This document shows, one piece after another, positions 51,060-64,000 of a stretch of 64,000 nucleotides of DNA. Position numbers and translations under genes: made by a program. How positions within the stretch are numbered: the first letter of the stretch is position 1; the number at the start of each line of letters is the position of its first letter. This stretch comes from Adineta vaga (taxonomy: Eukaryota; Animalia; Rotifera): contig CP075495.1 of the NCBI GenBank assembly GCA_021613535.1, positions 6,448,001 through 6,512,000 of the forward strand, given 5' to 3'. The notes beneath the pieces are model-generated. The model did no database searches. It was not told the DNA's origin and was given only the letters and a program-made list of their open reading frames with translations.

Positions 51060-52469
51060 TTATATTATCTATAAAATAACAACTTAAAAATTGAAATCAA
51101 ATCTATTCTTTCGTTAGTGTATGTATGTATTTTCTTTAAATCGTTCAACAAAACAAATTCGTACAGAACGAATTTGAACATAATTCATGAGAATAAATAC
51201 AATAGTTGCTCTTCTTTGATAGAGTTTAAAATCTCACTGAATTTTTCTACCATATCATCTGTATTCAAAGAATAGCAATATCTAGAACAATCTATATTTA
51301 TGCCTTTGCTTTGTCAATTATTGAGTGAATAAAAAGAGATGATTTTCCCCATTTTAGCCTCTTCCTTTATTATTTTCATATATTTTTTTTGTTCACTTTT
51401 TCGTTTACACAATTTTTCTTCGTCTTCTAAATACGACGTTTACATCAGCATCGTTCAGCATACATAGAGACACTGTTACAACTAGTGGTAAAAGAAAACA
51501 AGAAACAAGAGAAAAAAAACAACAACAACAACAATAACATGTATAAAGAAAACGAACAAAAAAAGTGTATATTTCGTAACCGAGGCATTAATTTTTCCCC
51601 AAAAGCACCAACAATCGTCTGTGCGAGAGAGAGACACTTAGGTGGTAAAGGACAGATGTTCAAAACTCATGCTAAGACCCCCTTATATCTAAGTGACTGA
51701 CTGTTCAACATGGATACATAAATGAAAAAAAAACAAAGTGAACAAAAGAAATTGGTCTCTCTCTGTTATTCTTTCGGAAATTTCTTTGGTTCACTTTGTT
51801 TTTTTGGTTGAAAAGGACAAGACAAAAAAAGAAGAGCGGAAAAGAACATAGAAGAAAAAAAAAGAGAGAAAAAAGCGAAAGAATTTTTGTTTTTTTCACT
51901 GACGTTTACGAATTTTTTTGGTAAGACTATTTCTAGTCTCGATTTTTCAAAGGAAAACTTTATATTTTTTTGTCTTTTGATTTTTCGGACAAAACCAAAA
52001 CTGAAAAAAAAACGAGGACAAGAAAACATCAAAAACAACGTTTTGTGAAAGGATTTTTATACGATTTTTTTCCTGTTGCTTTTATAATCCAAAATCAAGA
52101 GAGAAAAAAAATGAGTTCGACTAATCTAATGTACGTTTTCAAGGGAGGAAAAGAGAGAAAGAGAAATAGAAATAGGAACTTGTTCGAATGATCACATGAA
52201 AATAAATATCGAACAAAACAAATGTGATGTGCAGGAATAGTAAAGATGATGAAAAAAATGAAACGAAAATGAAACGAAACGTAGGTTTTGCTTGGAGCAA
52301 TGCATAGTAGAGAGGAAACCCAAAACAGACACATACACACGCACACATATAGACGCTCATACGCAAATCAGTTGCTCATTGAACAGAGCTACACGGAACA
52401 AAAAAGAAGACAAAGAAAAGAGACAGAGAGAGAGAGAAAATGACAAACGTATAGAGATTATCAATGAAT

Positions 52470-55400
52470 TCACTCTATTTGGAATTCATGAAGTAATTTC
52501 GATAAATCTTTATTTGCTACGCTCTGTTCTAAATCTGGCCGTTGCAAATGACCGATAGCAATGGCTAATGTACGCCAAATATTTTCGCACATTTGCACGT
52601 GTGTACCTTGTGGGCCAATACCATCACTTTGTTGTTTAAGTGCCGTAAGAAAATGTTCAACAGCTTGTTTATATGCACTTAAATTAAAACAACTTATGCC
52701 AAGATTGTAACGAGCGCGAACAAAACCGGGTGATAGTGTTAATGCATGATAATAAGCATCAACTGCTTTTTCACTTTGACCACCATTTGCTAATGCTGCA
52801 CCCAATTTGTTCCATAACAGAGCATCCTAAAAGGTAAATTATCAAATATTCTTGAGTTTATTGCGTTCTACAATTTGTCAATTTTCTTAGATCCAATCGT
52901 GCTTTATCAATAGAAAAGTAATGCATATTACTTATTTCCGTTTTCCACACAATATTAATTCTATTACTATTATAATTAGTTTTCCTGTAAAAATTTTAAT
53001 CAAATGTTTTACTCTTCGCTGTTAAGTCTTTTTACCAATTAAACTATTTCGTAGAATATTCTGTAACAATCTTATCGAAACTTACATTGGGTTTAGCAAG
53101 AACGGCTGTATTGAAACATTCAGCTGCTTTGTCATAATCGCCAGGCAAATGAAACAATACGCCAAGACATACCTAACAAAACAAGATAATCATATATGAA
53201 GAGAAAAAAAAGCTTTTCGTTTATGTTTCGTACTTGAAGATCAGAATCAATATCACTTGGATTATTTGATAGTGAAACTGCTTGTAAAAATAACTCTTGC
53301 AATTCTTCGAAAGCCAATCTAGATGAAAGAAAAACGATATTTATCGTCTAGATAAAAAAAATGATTCATTCAAAGACATACTCATCGAGCAACCTTGGTT
53401 CATCAAGTGTTGCTTGTGATCGACGATTGGATACAAGATGTGAATATTTATCATTATTTTCTAACCATTTTCGTAGAGAATCAAGTGCTTCATTGGTTAG
53501 TAATTCATTAGCATAGCATGAAGCTAATGTTAAATAGGCTTGTAGATTTTTTGAATCGAGTTCAACACATCTTTGAAACAACGATGAATTACTTATGAAT
53601 ATGATACGAAAAAAGAATGAACTTACTTTTTTAATGCACATATTGCAGGACCATCCTGTTCATTTTCACTTTGGGTTATGCCGAGATAAAGCCATGCCTA
53701 AAAGAAATATATGATCAATAGAATTTTCATAATACTCAAATTTTCAAAAGAACATGTAAAGAATGTTTCTTTTAGAAAGTATTTCGATTTTGACCTTGGA
53801 AGAAATAGATACCACAAATGAATACATGATACAATTGAATTCTGTTCTTATATAATAAGAAACCAAGTCAATTATATATATTAATTCTCAATAAAAGAAA
53901 ATGATGAGGTTAAACAATTCTTTTGTCAGTATCAATATTTAGAAACAATTATAAACTAAATATTAAATTGACCTTTTTCCAAGTGAATGCTTTTAGCATA
54001 GATGAAACACATTTCGACTAATCATTCATCTTATTTCTCAGATGATTTGACTTCATTATCTGTCAATCTTCTCTAACGAACAAATAGATAAACATAAACA
54101 AGCCCTTTCTTTGTTGAACTTTGCTGAATAGAAAGGAAAATATGACAGCAAGATATTGATTATATCGAGCCTTCTTATTCAACAAACAAAGCTGTAAATT
54201 CTTCTGATTCTTCGGGTAATACATATAGAATAACATGAAACACTTGAATAAAAATAACTCTATTAACTATTCTTTCGTATGAGATAAACTAATTAATAAG
54301 AAAAATATTGATCCATAGATTTGTTATTCTTACATCAATATGGTCGGCTTGTTTTTGGACGGCAGCTTCAAATAATAAAACAGCATTGACAATATCATGA
54401 GCTTGTAAACGTTTAAGACCTTCTTCAAAAGGATTTGAATGATCAATAAATGAATTTGTACTAGCAAATTTATATTCTGAATATGTATCGCCATTATCCA
54501 TTAAATGACGAAGCCAAGATTGGGAACGTGGAATTTGACTAAAGAATAAGAAAGAAGGAAATTAGATTTCCATTTCATTTTATTCGAAAACTCGATCTTA
54601 CTCATCTAGAGAGGATAGATTGGCGGCATCAGTTGTCCAGTCAGTTTGCCATTGATTTTCATTCGATAGTTCATTAGAAAACTCATTAATCCATTTATCT
54701 ACTGTTACATCCTAGATATATACATATATATGTATTAAAATGTAGAATAAGAATTTCTTTTTTACTAAAAGCATAGTTCTACATACTTTCGTGTCGCGTG
54801 TAGCCTCTTGCTTCTTGGCATCGACGGTGGATTTTTCTCCATTACCGACAGCTACATGTTCAACGAAATCTTTAAACTAAAAAAAGAAGAAGATCATTTA
54901 GAATAGAAGTTGATAATGAAAGATTGATCTTTACTTCTGTATCGGCCGCAAATTGAGTTTCTTGTAATAATGAAAGAATATTTTGTGCAGCTTTAACTGT
55001 ATCATTGTCAAATCCAGCATCGATTGTTGATGATTGTTGATCAAGAAAAGTAGGATTTGAATTCAATGGAAAAGATGTCGATGAAGGACTGGAAACAAAA
55101 TTTGATAAAGAAAAACGTTGAAGTGTCAATTAAATGCATCGAAATTTTCATGATGCTCAAGGTCATCATGGTTTGCTTCGGATACATATGTATATCAAGG
55201 AAAAATCACATTTTACTTATTCGAAACGTTAAAATAATCTATCTGTATGAGTAAATGTTCTTTTCTAAAGGACAAATTATCTGTTTTTCAGAGTCAAACT
55301 GTGTCTTTTGAAAACATAAATAGTTTTCTGCGAATGGCTCAATTAATCTGGCGATTCCCGTAAGAACTACAAGAACATGTATGACTTTAATCAAGACAAC

Positions 55401-56168
55401 AAATGTATATGATTAAATAAGGAACTATCCTTGATTTGATATTTTCTCTTTCATTTCTTACATATAAGATTGTTCATTCCATGGAATCCATTGTGAATGT
55501 TGTTGTTGTTGTTGTTGAAGATGAAAATCATTCATAACATGTGGCGGTGCTTGTATATGATTATTTGTTGGTGGATGAATAACTGATGATGAAAAATTAT
55601 TATTAATTTTTGGTGCATTAGTTGAATGAGATGTAAAATCATTAGTAAATGAATCAAGAAATTGTGTTGTCCATTCATATTCTAATCATAAAACAGAACA
55701 AAAAGATAGAGATTGATCAATTTCAAAGTATTATAAAATATAGTTGTTATTACCGTGTTTATTCGTATTATCGAGAGCATCATCAGCTAAACGTAAACCG
55801 GTTAAAAGGCCTTCAAGGTGAAATGTATTTGGTGCAGAAATAGGCCGATGATATTCATTAACAAGTTCATCAATTGTTGCATTACTACCGCCAGTTAGAT
55901 TCGCACTCTATAATAATAATAAAAAAACGATGCAGATGAAGAATAAGTTTTAAATAATAATTAAAAAAAAGAGATACATACAGTAAAAGTATTTGTTGCT
56001 GGTTTAATAAGACCATCCTAGAATGAGATAATAAAATAATAATGAAATACAAAAGAAATGATTTACTTGAGTAACAAGTGTATTATCACGTGTATAGAAC
56101 TGGCTTAATTTAATCAACGGGTTTGTTGTGCCACATTCGGCATCAAGGAGAGGTTTGAGTGCAGCCAT
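52470..56168 (-). CDS. PEX5: Peroxisomal PTS1 receptor
   Basis: N-terminal LLDAECGTTNPLIKL (monoubiquitinated Cys), LVNEY and WxxxF motifs (WTTQF, WINEF). TPRs AWLYLGITQSENEQD, LWNKLGAALANG and PGFVRARYNLGISC. Confidence 0.95.
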
Positions 56169-57332
56169 CTATGAATTGTGGGATAAAGGGATAAGAATAA
56201 AAAATGCGAATCTAGAAACAAACAACAACAATGAAGACATCAATATATAAATCATCTGTATCTTTCGATATGACTAAGTGAGTTCGTCGCGTTGGCACAA
56301 GTCCAATTTCAACGTTGTCGTCCTCCTCCGTTTTTTCTTCTTCTTGTTCTTCTTTTTCTTGTTCTCCTTGAAACAACTGGGTAAATAACGGTTAACCAAT
56401 CAGATGCATTGCAATCATCTGGAGCGACAAACAAAAGGAAAAATAAATGGAGTTTTGTCAAAAAAATCCAATAATAAAATGTTGAGTTTAAAAAAAAGTA
56501 AAGATTGAGGAAAAATTTCAATTCATTTTTTAAGAAAAAATTTCTTTAGATTTTTTTTATCTAGATAAATTTTTTTTGTATTTCTTCTTTCTACCATTTT
56601 TGTTTTTGTTCGTTGTCTCTGAAGAAATAAACATAAACGGTGTGTATATGTTTGTTTGTTTCAATGTGCATACGGCGCTCAACCAACGGTTTCCAAGCGT
56701 GTTGTGTGCACATTCGATTCTTTCGTTTTTTTCTCCTATGTTGCGTTGTACTCGTACGCACATATTCAAATGGATGTATATATATATAACTGAAAGTGCA
56801 CGAGGGCTAACAAAAGAGGCAGAATGTGAAGAAGAAATCGAATATACCGACTACTAAACCAAGGTTTCTTTCGCTCTGTGTATGTATCTGTCTTTCCCTC
56901 TTTGCCCTATCTCGCCTGACTTCGTTGTCGTCATCATCATTTGTATGTTATACAAAAGTAAAAATCGATTTGAACTACACAAGTCGATGTGAAATCTCAT
57001 TTCGAAGAAATTAACAAATAAATAAATTTTTGAGAGATATTAGTGTACATTTATAGACTGAATGTACGTGTATTAGGGTTATAACTCGTAAATAACTCTG
57101 TATAGATACGATAATAACCCCACTTGTTTATTTTTTTTCCTATCGATATTTTTTTATAAGGTGCATATCACCTGATAGTATTATATCTGTAAGTTAGTTT
57201 TTTATTTTTCCAGAGAATATTTAAAATTAAAGTTAAATTAAGAATAAATTAAATGATATAGCTTTTTATTCTAGATTCTGAGTGAGTAAGGGTGTAAGTT
57301 GGCCATCCTCCCAGAACTAAAGACGGAACATC

Positions 57333-57845
57333 ATGTCCGCAATGACGGTCACAAGCGGTGGCGTTAGCGGCAATAATAATAATAATAATGGTGGAGGTGG
57401 TGAATCAACAGATGGTTTTGCATTGTTTCATAATCGACCACCTATCTGGCCGACATCAAATCAATCCATACTTGATCATAATTGGAATGAATCAATATTT
57501 TCACCGGCTCAACAACAGCATCGTTCATGGCCATCCGAACCATTCGGTAGCGATATTGGTAGTGATGAATTACCATATCCAAGACAAACATCAAATCATA
57601 CAAATAATGATTTCAGTCCATTACCATCATCACCAGCAACTTTATTAAATGGTAATCATTTCGGTCAAACAGGACGTTTTCAATTTCCAAACGATTCAAC
57701 ATCCTCACCTTATTGTCCTCAACAATTACCATCAATATCATCTTGTTTTAATGATTCATTATATGATCCATCACCATCATCTGTACTATTTTCCAATGAT
57801 ATCGATCGACGTACTAATTCTTTACTAGATTCTCGTCAACTACAA

Positions 57846-57878
<33 letters not shown>

Positions 57879-59477
57879 TCGTCATCATCGTTGGATAATC
57901 CAATGATTCCAAGAGATGCGAAATTATCATTAGATCAAATGGTTGGACGTTTTACTGATTTACAATTACAACCACCACCACTACCACCCTCATCAGCTTA
58001 TTCATCTTATCAAAATCCATTTCTATCTGGATCAAACGATCAACAACAACAGCAACAACAACAACAAATGCTTTCATCATTCTATTATCAACAATCATCA
58101 CCATCAACACAACAAATTTCTTCATCAATGATTAATTCACGTTTACCACCACCACCTCAATTCGGAAATCATTTATATGTTAATTCACCATCATCTCCGC
58201 ATACACAATATTCACTAACACAACAACAACAACAACCCAATGGACCATTATCAACGGCAACATCCAATATGTTTAATGATCGTTTTGAACGTAACGATGG
58301 TTGTCTACCATTTTCAAATAATTCATCATATTTATCGGCAATGCGTTTTTCACCAAATCCAGCTTATCGTACAACAAAAAGTGGTAAACAACAAATTGGA
58401 CCGGAAAATGCCAATCTATTCATTTGTCATCTACCACAAGAGACAAATGATCAATCATTAATGAATTTATTTTCTCAGTTTGGTAAGTTTAGAAAGAGAA
58501 AAAAAACGACAAGCAAAATCTTTATCTCTTTTTCTTTCTATCGTTTTTTCAGGCAATGTTTTGTCAGCTAAGGTAGGAATTAGTTATATTTCCCTTGTGA
58601 TCAAGATTTATATCAATTCTATTCAAGGTATTTGTTGACAAAAAAACAAATCAATCGAAATGTTTTGGTTTTGTTTCGTACGATAATCCAGCATCAGCTC
58701 AACAAGGTATTACATTTCGAATTCACCAAAATATTCTCTCAAAAATCCATAAATCCATAGAACAACTTTGCCTACAAAAGATTAGATTTAATTTTGAATT
58801 TAATAGGTTTCGAATACCTACAATAATCGTTGTTTATATGAAATAACATTTTCTCTTCAATAATTTACTAAGAAGAATTTCTAAATTAGATGAGCATCAT
58901 TGTGGTGAAAGAATATGTTGAAGTTTACATGTGATCATCAATTTGATAGATCGTCATGTTTATTACTTTCAATGAGATTTGCTGTTGGAAACAAAAACTT
59001 CTGTCAATTGTTGTCATAGAGAACAAAGAGAATCTTTTTTTAGAAACTTTTTCTTTCGTTCCTATTGAAATACCTTAAGCATGTATTATTAGTTATTAAC
59101 TTCATACTCTCAAGTATAAGATCTAATTAGAAGAAATTTATTCAAGTGAAAAATATATTTTGTAAGCTTTTTGTCATTCAATATCCTCTCTCTCACAGCT
59201 GTCAATCATCGAATAAGAATACAGATATTCTCTTTCGTTCGATTTTTTTTCAATATTCCCTCGAGATAGAGTCATTGCTATGTCAAGATTAATAAGGCAT
59301 ATAGGAAGTAATGATGACGATAAATTTTCATTGATAATATGTCGAGAAAAATTAACACATTCAATCGCAAAAATAATTCGATTTTCTTGTCTTTCAGCTA
59401 TATCAAGTATGGATGGTTTCAGTGTTGGTTCCAAACGATTGAAAGTTGAATTGAAAAAACCTCGTCGAAATTCGTAG
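57333..59477 (+). CDS. CELF/Bruno-like RNA-binding protein with only the C-terminal RRM (exons 57333-58482, 58553-58572, 58628-58706, 59398-59477)
   Basis: [18 protein letters not shown]...FG|NVLSAK|[26 protein letters not shown]|[21 protein letters not shown] matches CELF RRM3. It follows ~350 aa of Q/S/P/N low-complexity sequence. Confidence 0.88.
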
Positions 59478-60678
59478 TATGACAAATGAAAAGCGAAATA
59501 TTCAACATCAATGAAAGAACAGTAATAGAAAAGATAAAACCAGAACCATTGATCTTTCCTAGTAAAACCAAAAATATATATATATAAAGATCTGTCAAAT
59601 GAGTATACGTTTTTAACTGTCCTATTTCTCGTTTTCATTTATTTATCATTATCTCGTTTTTTTTCCTTCGAAAAGAAAAAAAAATTCGAACCTATTTACT
59701 TTTTCTTTCGTTCTCTTATGTTGTGTGTGCATGTGTATTTCTCAAAGAGACTTGTGTAGAAAAAAAAAACGGAGATGAAATTCCCTGTATGTTCTTTTTC
59801 TTTTGTTTATGTGTTTTTTGGCTCTCGATTTCTGTCGACTTCATTCTTTTTTTTTTGTGAGTTACTGCTGTGTTCCAAACTGTGTTTTCTGTTTTTTTTA
59901 AGCTGCCACTATTACTGCCGCCGCCGCTACTGTTTTCCTTTATTTATTTATTAAGCGATTGTGTGTGTGTGTGTGTCAGCTTTTATTATCTGCTGTGTGT
60001 GTATGGCGTGCGTGCGTGGAGTTCACTTATTTTATTTTGTTGTTCACTGTTTTTCTTTCGTTTATTAAAAAACTCCCTAATTTATTCACTACTTAAAAGA
60101 AAACAACCAACAGTTATATTATTCTTTTTTCCTCTTCTTCTTTTTGTGTGCTTGTGTGCTCATACCTACACGGTTGTTGTGTGTGCCTGTGTGGTTTTTT
60201 CTGTTGATTATCGTTGGGTTTCTGGATACCTATACTTTATATATTCGTGTGTGTATGTATGTGTGTGCTTATCATCGCCACCGACAAAAAACAAACAAAC
60301 AAAGGCAACTAACATTAGAATATCGAAAATATGAAAGAAAACTTTTTGTTTGGTAGTTAAGTATGGAAAAACAACAGAGTTAGATTTTTCTTTTTTTCAT
60401 AACGGCGTGATTATTTATCTGTATGTGTGTGTGTTCTTTTCTGTGTATCTCTGTACGTGTTACTTTCAGTTTTGAAAAAAAAACAACATACACAAACGAT
60501 ATATATATATATACATATATAAATATGATGTCTTTTAAACGGTTAATATGCCTGATTTATTTATATAAGTTTAAAGAATGATTAAAATATTTGGCAAAGC
60601 AAACACGCACACAACAAAGAGATTAACTAGATAAAAAAAGATTTTGAATTTTTCCCTTCATTTTGTTCGTTCTTCCGA

Positions 60679-62688
60679 CTAATATTCTTCGGCTTCAGCT
60701 GGAGCATCAGTTACTGAATCGATACCAACTTCTTCATAATCTTTTTCCAAAGCAGCTAAATCTTCTCGAGCTTCAGCAAATTCACCTTCTTCCATACCTT
60801 CACCTACATACCAATGTACAAATGCTCGTTTTGCGTACATTAAATCAAATTTATGATCAAGACGTGCCCATGCTTCAGCAATAGCTGTCGTATTCGAAAT
60901 CATACAAACAGCTCGAGGAACTTTCGCGACATCTCCACCTGAAAAGTAAACAATTGTTTTCACTCATTTCATTAGTGGAACTATAGCAGACCTGGTACAG
61001 CCACAGGTGGTTGATAATTAATTCCGACTTTGAAACCTGTTGGACACCAGTCGACGAACTGAATTGATCTTTTTGTTTTTATAGCTGATATTGCTGAATT
61101 AACATCTTTTGGTACAACATCACCACGATATAATAGACAGCAGGCCATATATTTTCCATTACGTGGATCACATTTAACCATTTGATTAACTGGTTCGAAA
61201 CAAGCATTCGTAATATCTTGAACACTAAATGCTTCATGAGCAGCTTTTTCAGCTAAACAAGAAAAAGAAATGAAATAGATGCAAATGGTATTCTATTTGA
61301 TTAAATAACTAACCACTACAAATGGGCGAATAAGTAACAAGTGGAAAATGTATGCGTGGATAAGGTACGAGATTTGTTTGAAATTCAGTTAAATCAACAT
61401 TTAATGCACCATCAAAACGAAGTGATGCTGTAATTGAAGAAACAATTTGTGCAATCAATCGATTCAAATTTTGGTATGATGGACGTTCAATATTCAAACT
61501 ACGACGACAGATATCGTAAATAGCCTCTAGAAAAAAATAAAACTAGAAAAAGAAGTAGTAGCAACATATGTTTAACGAACCATTATCAACCATAAAAGCA
61601 CAATCCGTATGTTCCAATGTACAATGAGTAGTTAAGATTGAATTATACGGTTCAACGACAGCAGTTGAAACCTAGATTTTTCCATAATTAAATTAAGAAC
61701 AAGGAATATTTTTGCAATTAAGTTACCTGAGGAGCTGGATAAACAGCAAATTCAAGTTTAGATTTTTTACCATAATCCAAACTAAGACGTTCCATTAATA
61801 GTGATGTAAAACCAGAACCTGTTCCTCCTATTCAATCATAACAATTCATATCTATTTTGTCCGTAGTCCTTTCTTTTATTACTCACCACCAAAACTATGA
61901 AACACTAAGAATCCTTGTAAACCTGTGCATTGATCAGCAATTTTACGTAATTTTTCAAGCACAGTATCCACAATTTCTTTGCCAATTGTATAATGACCAC
62001 GAGCATAGTTATTTGCAGCATCTTCTTTACCTGAGATTAATTGTTCAGGATGAAATAATTTGGCATAAGGACCTCGTCGAATTTCATCTAACAGAAAATA
62101 ACAAACATCTAATTATCAATCCGTTTCGCTACTCAATATTTACCAATTACTGATGGTTCAAGATCAATAAAAACGGCTCGAGGTACATATTGACCAGTTC
62201 CTTAAATCAAAGTCATTCTTTTTTCTTTACATCATGATTATACAAAATCTTCTTACCTGTTTCACTGAAAAATGTACTAAATGATGTTTCCTTTGAATCT
62301 ATACGATAAAATGTCATGTAATGATTTATATATATACAACAAGAGAACTATTCACAAACCTGAAATGGATTCTGAAAATGAAAAGACAAAAAATAAATTC
62401 AATGATATAATCAATCTTTTTTCTCTTACTGATAATATGACTATTATCTCGTTCTTTACTGAATGTTCCATCAGGTTCAATACCATGTTCAAGACAATAT
62501 AATTCCCAACATGCATTACCAATTTGAACACCTATCATACGTATGTATACATATTTATCTTAGTAATAAATCTAATGAACAATAATTACCTGCTTGACCA
62601 ACATGAATACTAATACATTCTCGCTAGATAAAAGAAAATTTTCAAATTGTAATCAAATAAATTAGTATTTATAACATTTACATACCAT
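60679..62688 (-). CDS. TUBA: Alpha-tubulin (divergent isotype, 10-11 introns)
   Basis: M|[12 protein letters not shown]|[52 protein letters not shown]-terminal EEY. Confidence 0.97.
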
Positions 62689-63554
62689 TTTGATGCTGAC
62701 CGTGAATAATCAAATAGGGTAAAGGAAGCGGATACGAGTACAGAAGAAAAAAGAATGATATTTGCTCGATTGCCTGTCTATACCAAATGATAGATAGAAC
62801 GGCGACTACTATTCTCTCTTTACAATCGTTGTCTCTACTTGATGTACATTTTCTTCGTCTTAGTTTTCTCTTCTTTCTTGCTACCCACATCTTTTTTTTC
62901 TTTTTTTTTTTGCTTATTAATATTCTGTTTGGTTGCTTGTGCACAATAGATAGATAGACGATGGTACATGTCTCTTATTTGGCTGCCCTTCTCATTTCTT
63001 CTTCCTTCCCTTATCCTTATTCATCCAATCCCAATGTCGACAGATTTAGTCTGTTCGATGAGGAAAGAAGAAGAAGAAAAAAACACAACAAATCTTATGA
63101 TAATATTACATCCCATGATTTCTCCGAAGGCTAACTGAATCATTATCATTGATAATTGTTCAATATTCCAAATACAAAGAATTCAACAGACCGAAAAAAG
63201 GACGTTGTTTGTTTTAAAAAACACACGCATACACACGCACACGATAGATATACACATAAAAAAGAAAGAAAGAAAGAACCGAATAAAGTGACAGAAAATA
63301 TAACAAACAACACTCAAAAAAAAAGATGAAGCAAGCGCACATCGGAGAGGGAGATATAACATAAACGAACAAAAAAAATGACCAGATCTATATAGTTAAG
63401 ACATTGAATATCAAAGATTTCAGCATATATGTATTTATTTTGTTTTTCTTTTTTCTAAAAAACTATACTTTTTGTAATTTGGCTTTTGTTAGATATCCGT
63501 ACTTTTTTTTTATTCTTTTTACTCTCCCTCTCTCTATGTACAACAAGCACAAAA

Positions 63555-64000
63555 TCAAAATTCGCGATCTTCCAAAAATTTATATTCAAATACAAAATTG
63601 TCTCGTTTCCGTGTTTGCCAACGTTCATAATCGAAAAATATATATGTGCCCTAAAATAAAACTTTAAGTCAAAGAAAAGAATAAGAATATTATGTTACTT
63701 GTTCATAATCATCTGTGATAGTTTTGGGTTCTTCATGTCGTTGAAACCACATCATATGTTTCGTATGGAAACGCCATGATTGTCGTTTCAATGCTTTCGC
63801 AGCTAAATATTGTGCTCGAGTTCCCTAGAAATTCAAACGAATAATAGTAGATTATCTTTTGATCGTATGTTTTTGTTTATACCTCCATGTAATAAAAAAC
63901 AAAAAATAGCGTATCAGGTGCTAAACGATAATAAAATTCTGGTGTATCACTACCAGCTGGTGGTGTTTGAGGATAGTATGAAATAATTTGAGAATTTGGA
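63555..64000 (-). CDS. CNOT3: CCR4-NOT subunit 3, 3' end only (NOT box)
   Basis: [23 protein letters not shown]|[42 protein letters not shown]|[11 protein letters not shown]...[11 protein letters not shown]. Confidence 0.95.

Noticed and set aside
59190-59270. Cryptic acceptor (tctcacag, 59198) in the last CELF intron that would truncate the RRM
   Set aside because: Such acceptors arise by chance; no supporting evidence without RNA data.
1-64000. CRISPR arrays, rRNA/tRNA genes and clearly horizontally acquired bacterial genes
   Set aside because: None seen; all recognisable genes are intron-containing eukaryotic types, and the intronless pair shows no bacterial similarity I can recognise.

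Overview
AT-rich animal genomic DNA with many short (~50-65 nt) GT-AG introns, a style that fits a bdelloid rotifer (inferred from style, not proven). I reconstructed 17 protein-coding genes by hand splicing, 15 of them on the minus strand: BOLA3, RALBP1, RPL27A(+), ataxin-1-like AXH protein, IFT88, FAM47E-like, SoxD (with a ~11 kb gene-free upstream region), an uncharacterised multi-exon gene, two paralogous intronless orphan genes (one nested in a transglutaminase intron), a transglutaminase lacking its catalytic Cys, a CD225/dispanin protein, SKI2 helicase, PEX5, a single-RRM CELF-like protein(+), a divergent alpha-tubulin and the 3' end of CNOT3. One piggyBac-type MITE sits in an IFT88 intron. 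Best leads: (1) a candidate trans-spliced operon, X-box > FAM47E > IFT88, with a similar RALBP1 > BOLA3 junction; (2) the orphan gene pair with DSGxxS degrons and a shared upstream element, associated with a pseudo-transglutaminase carrying heptad-repeat tails; (3) a 12-nt microexon in a remodelled K40 loop of alpha-tubulin. Gene identities come from recalled family motifs; no database searches were run.
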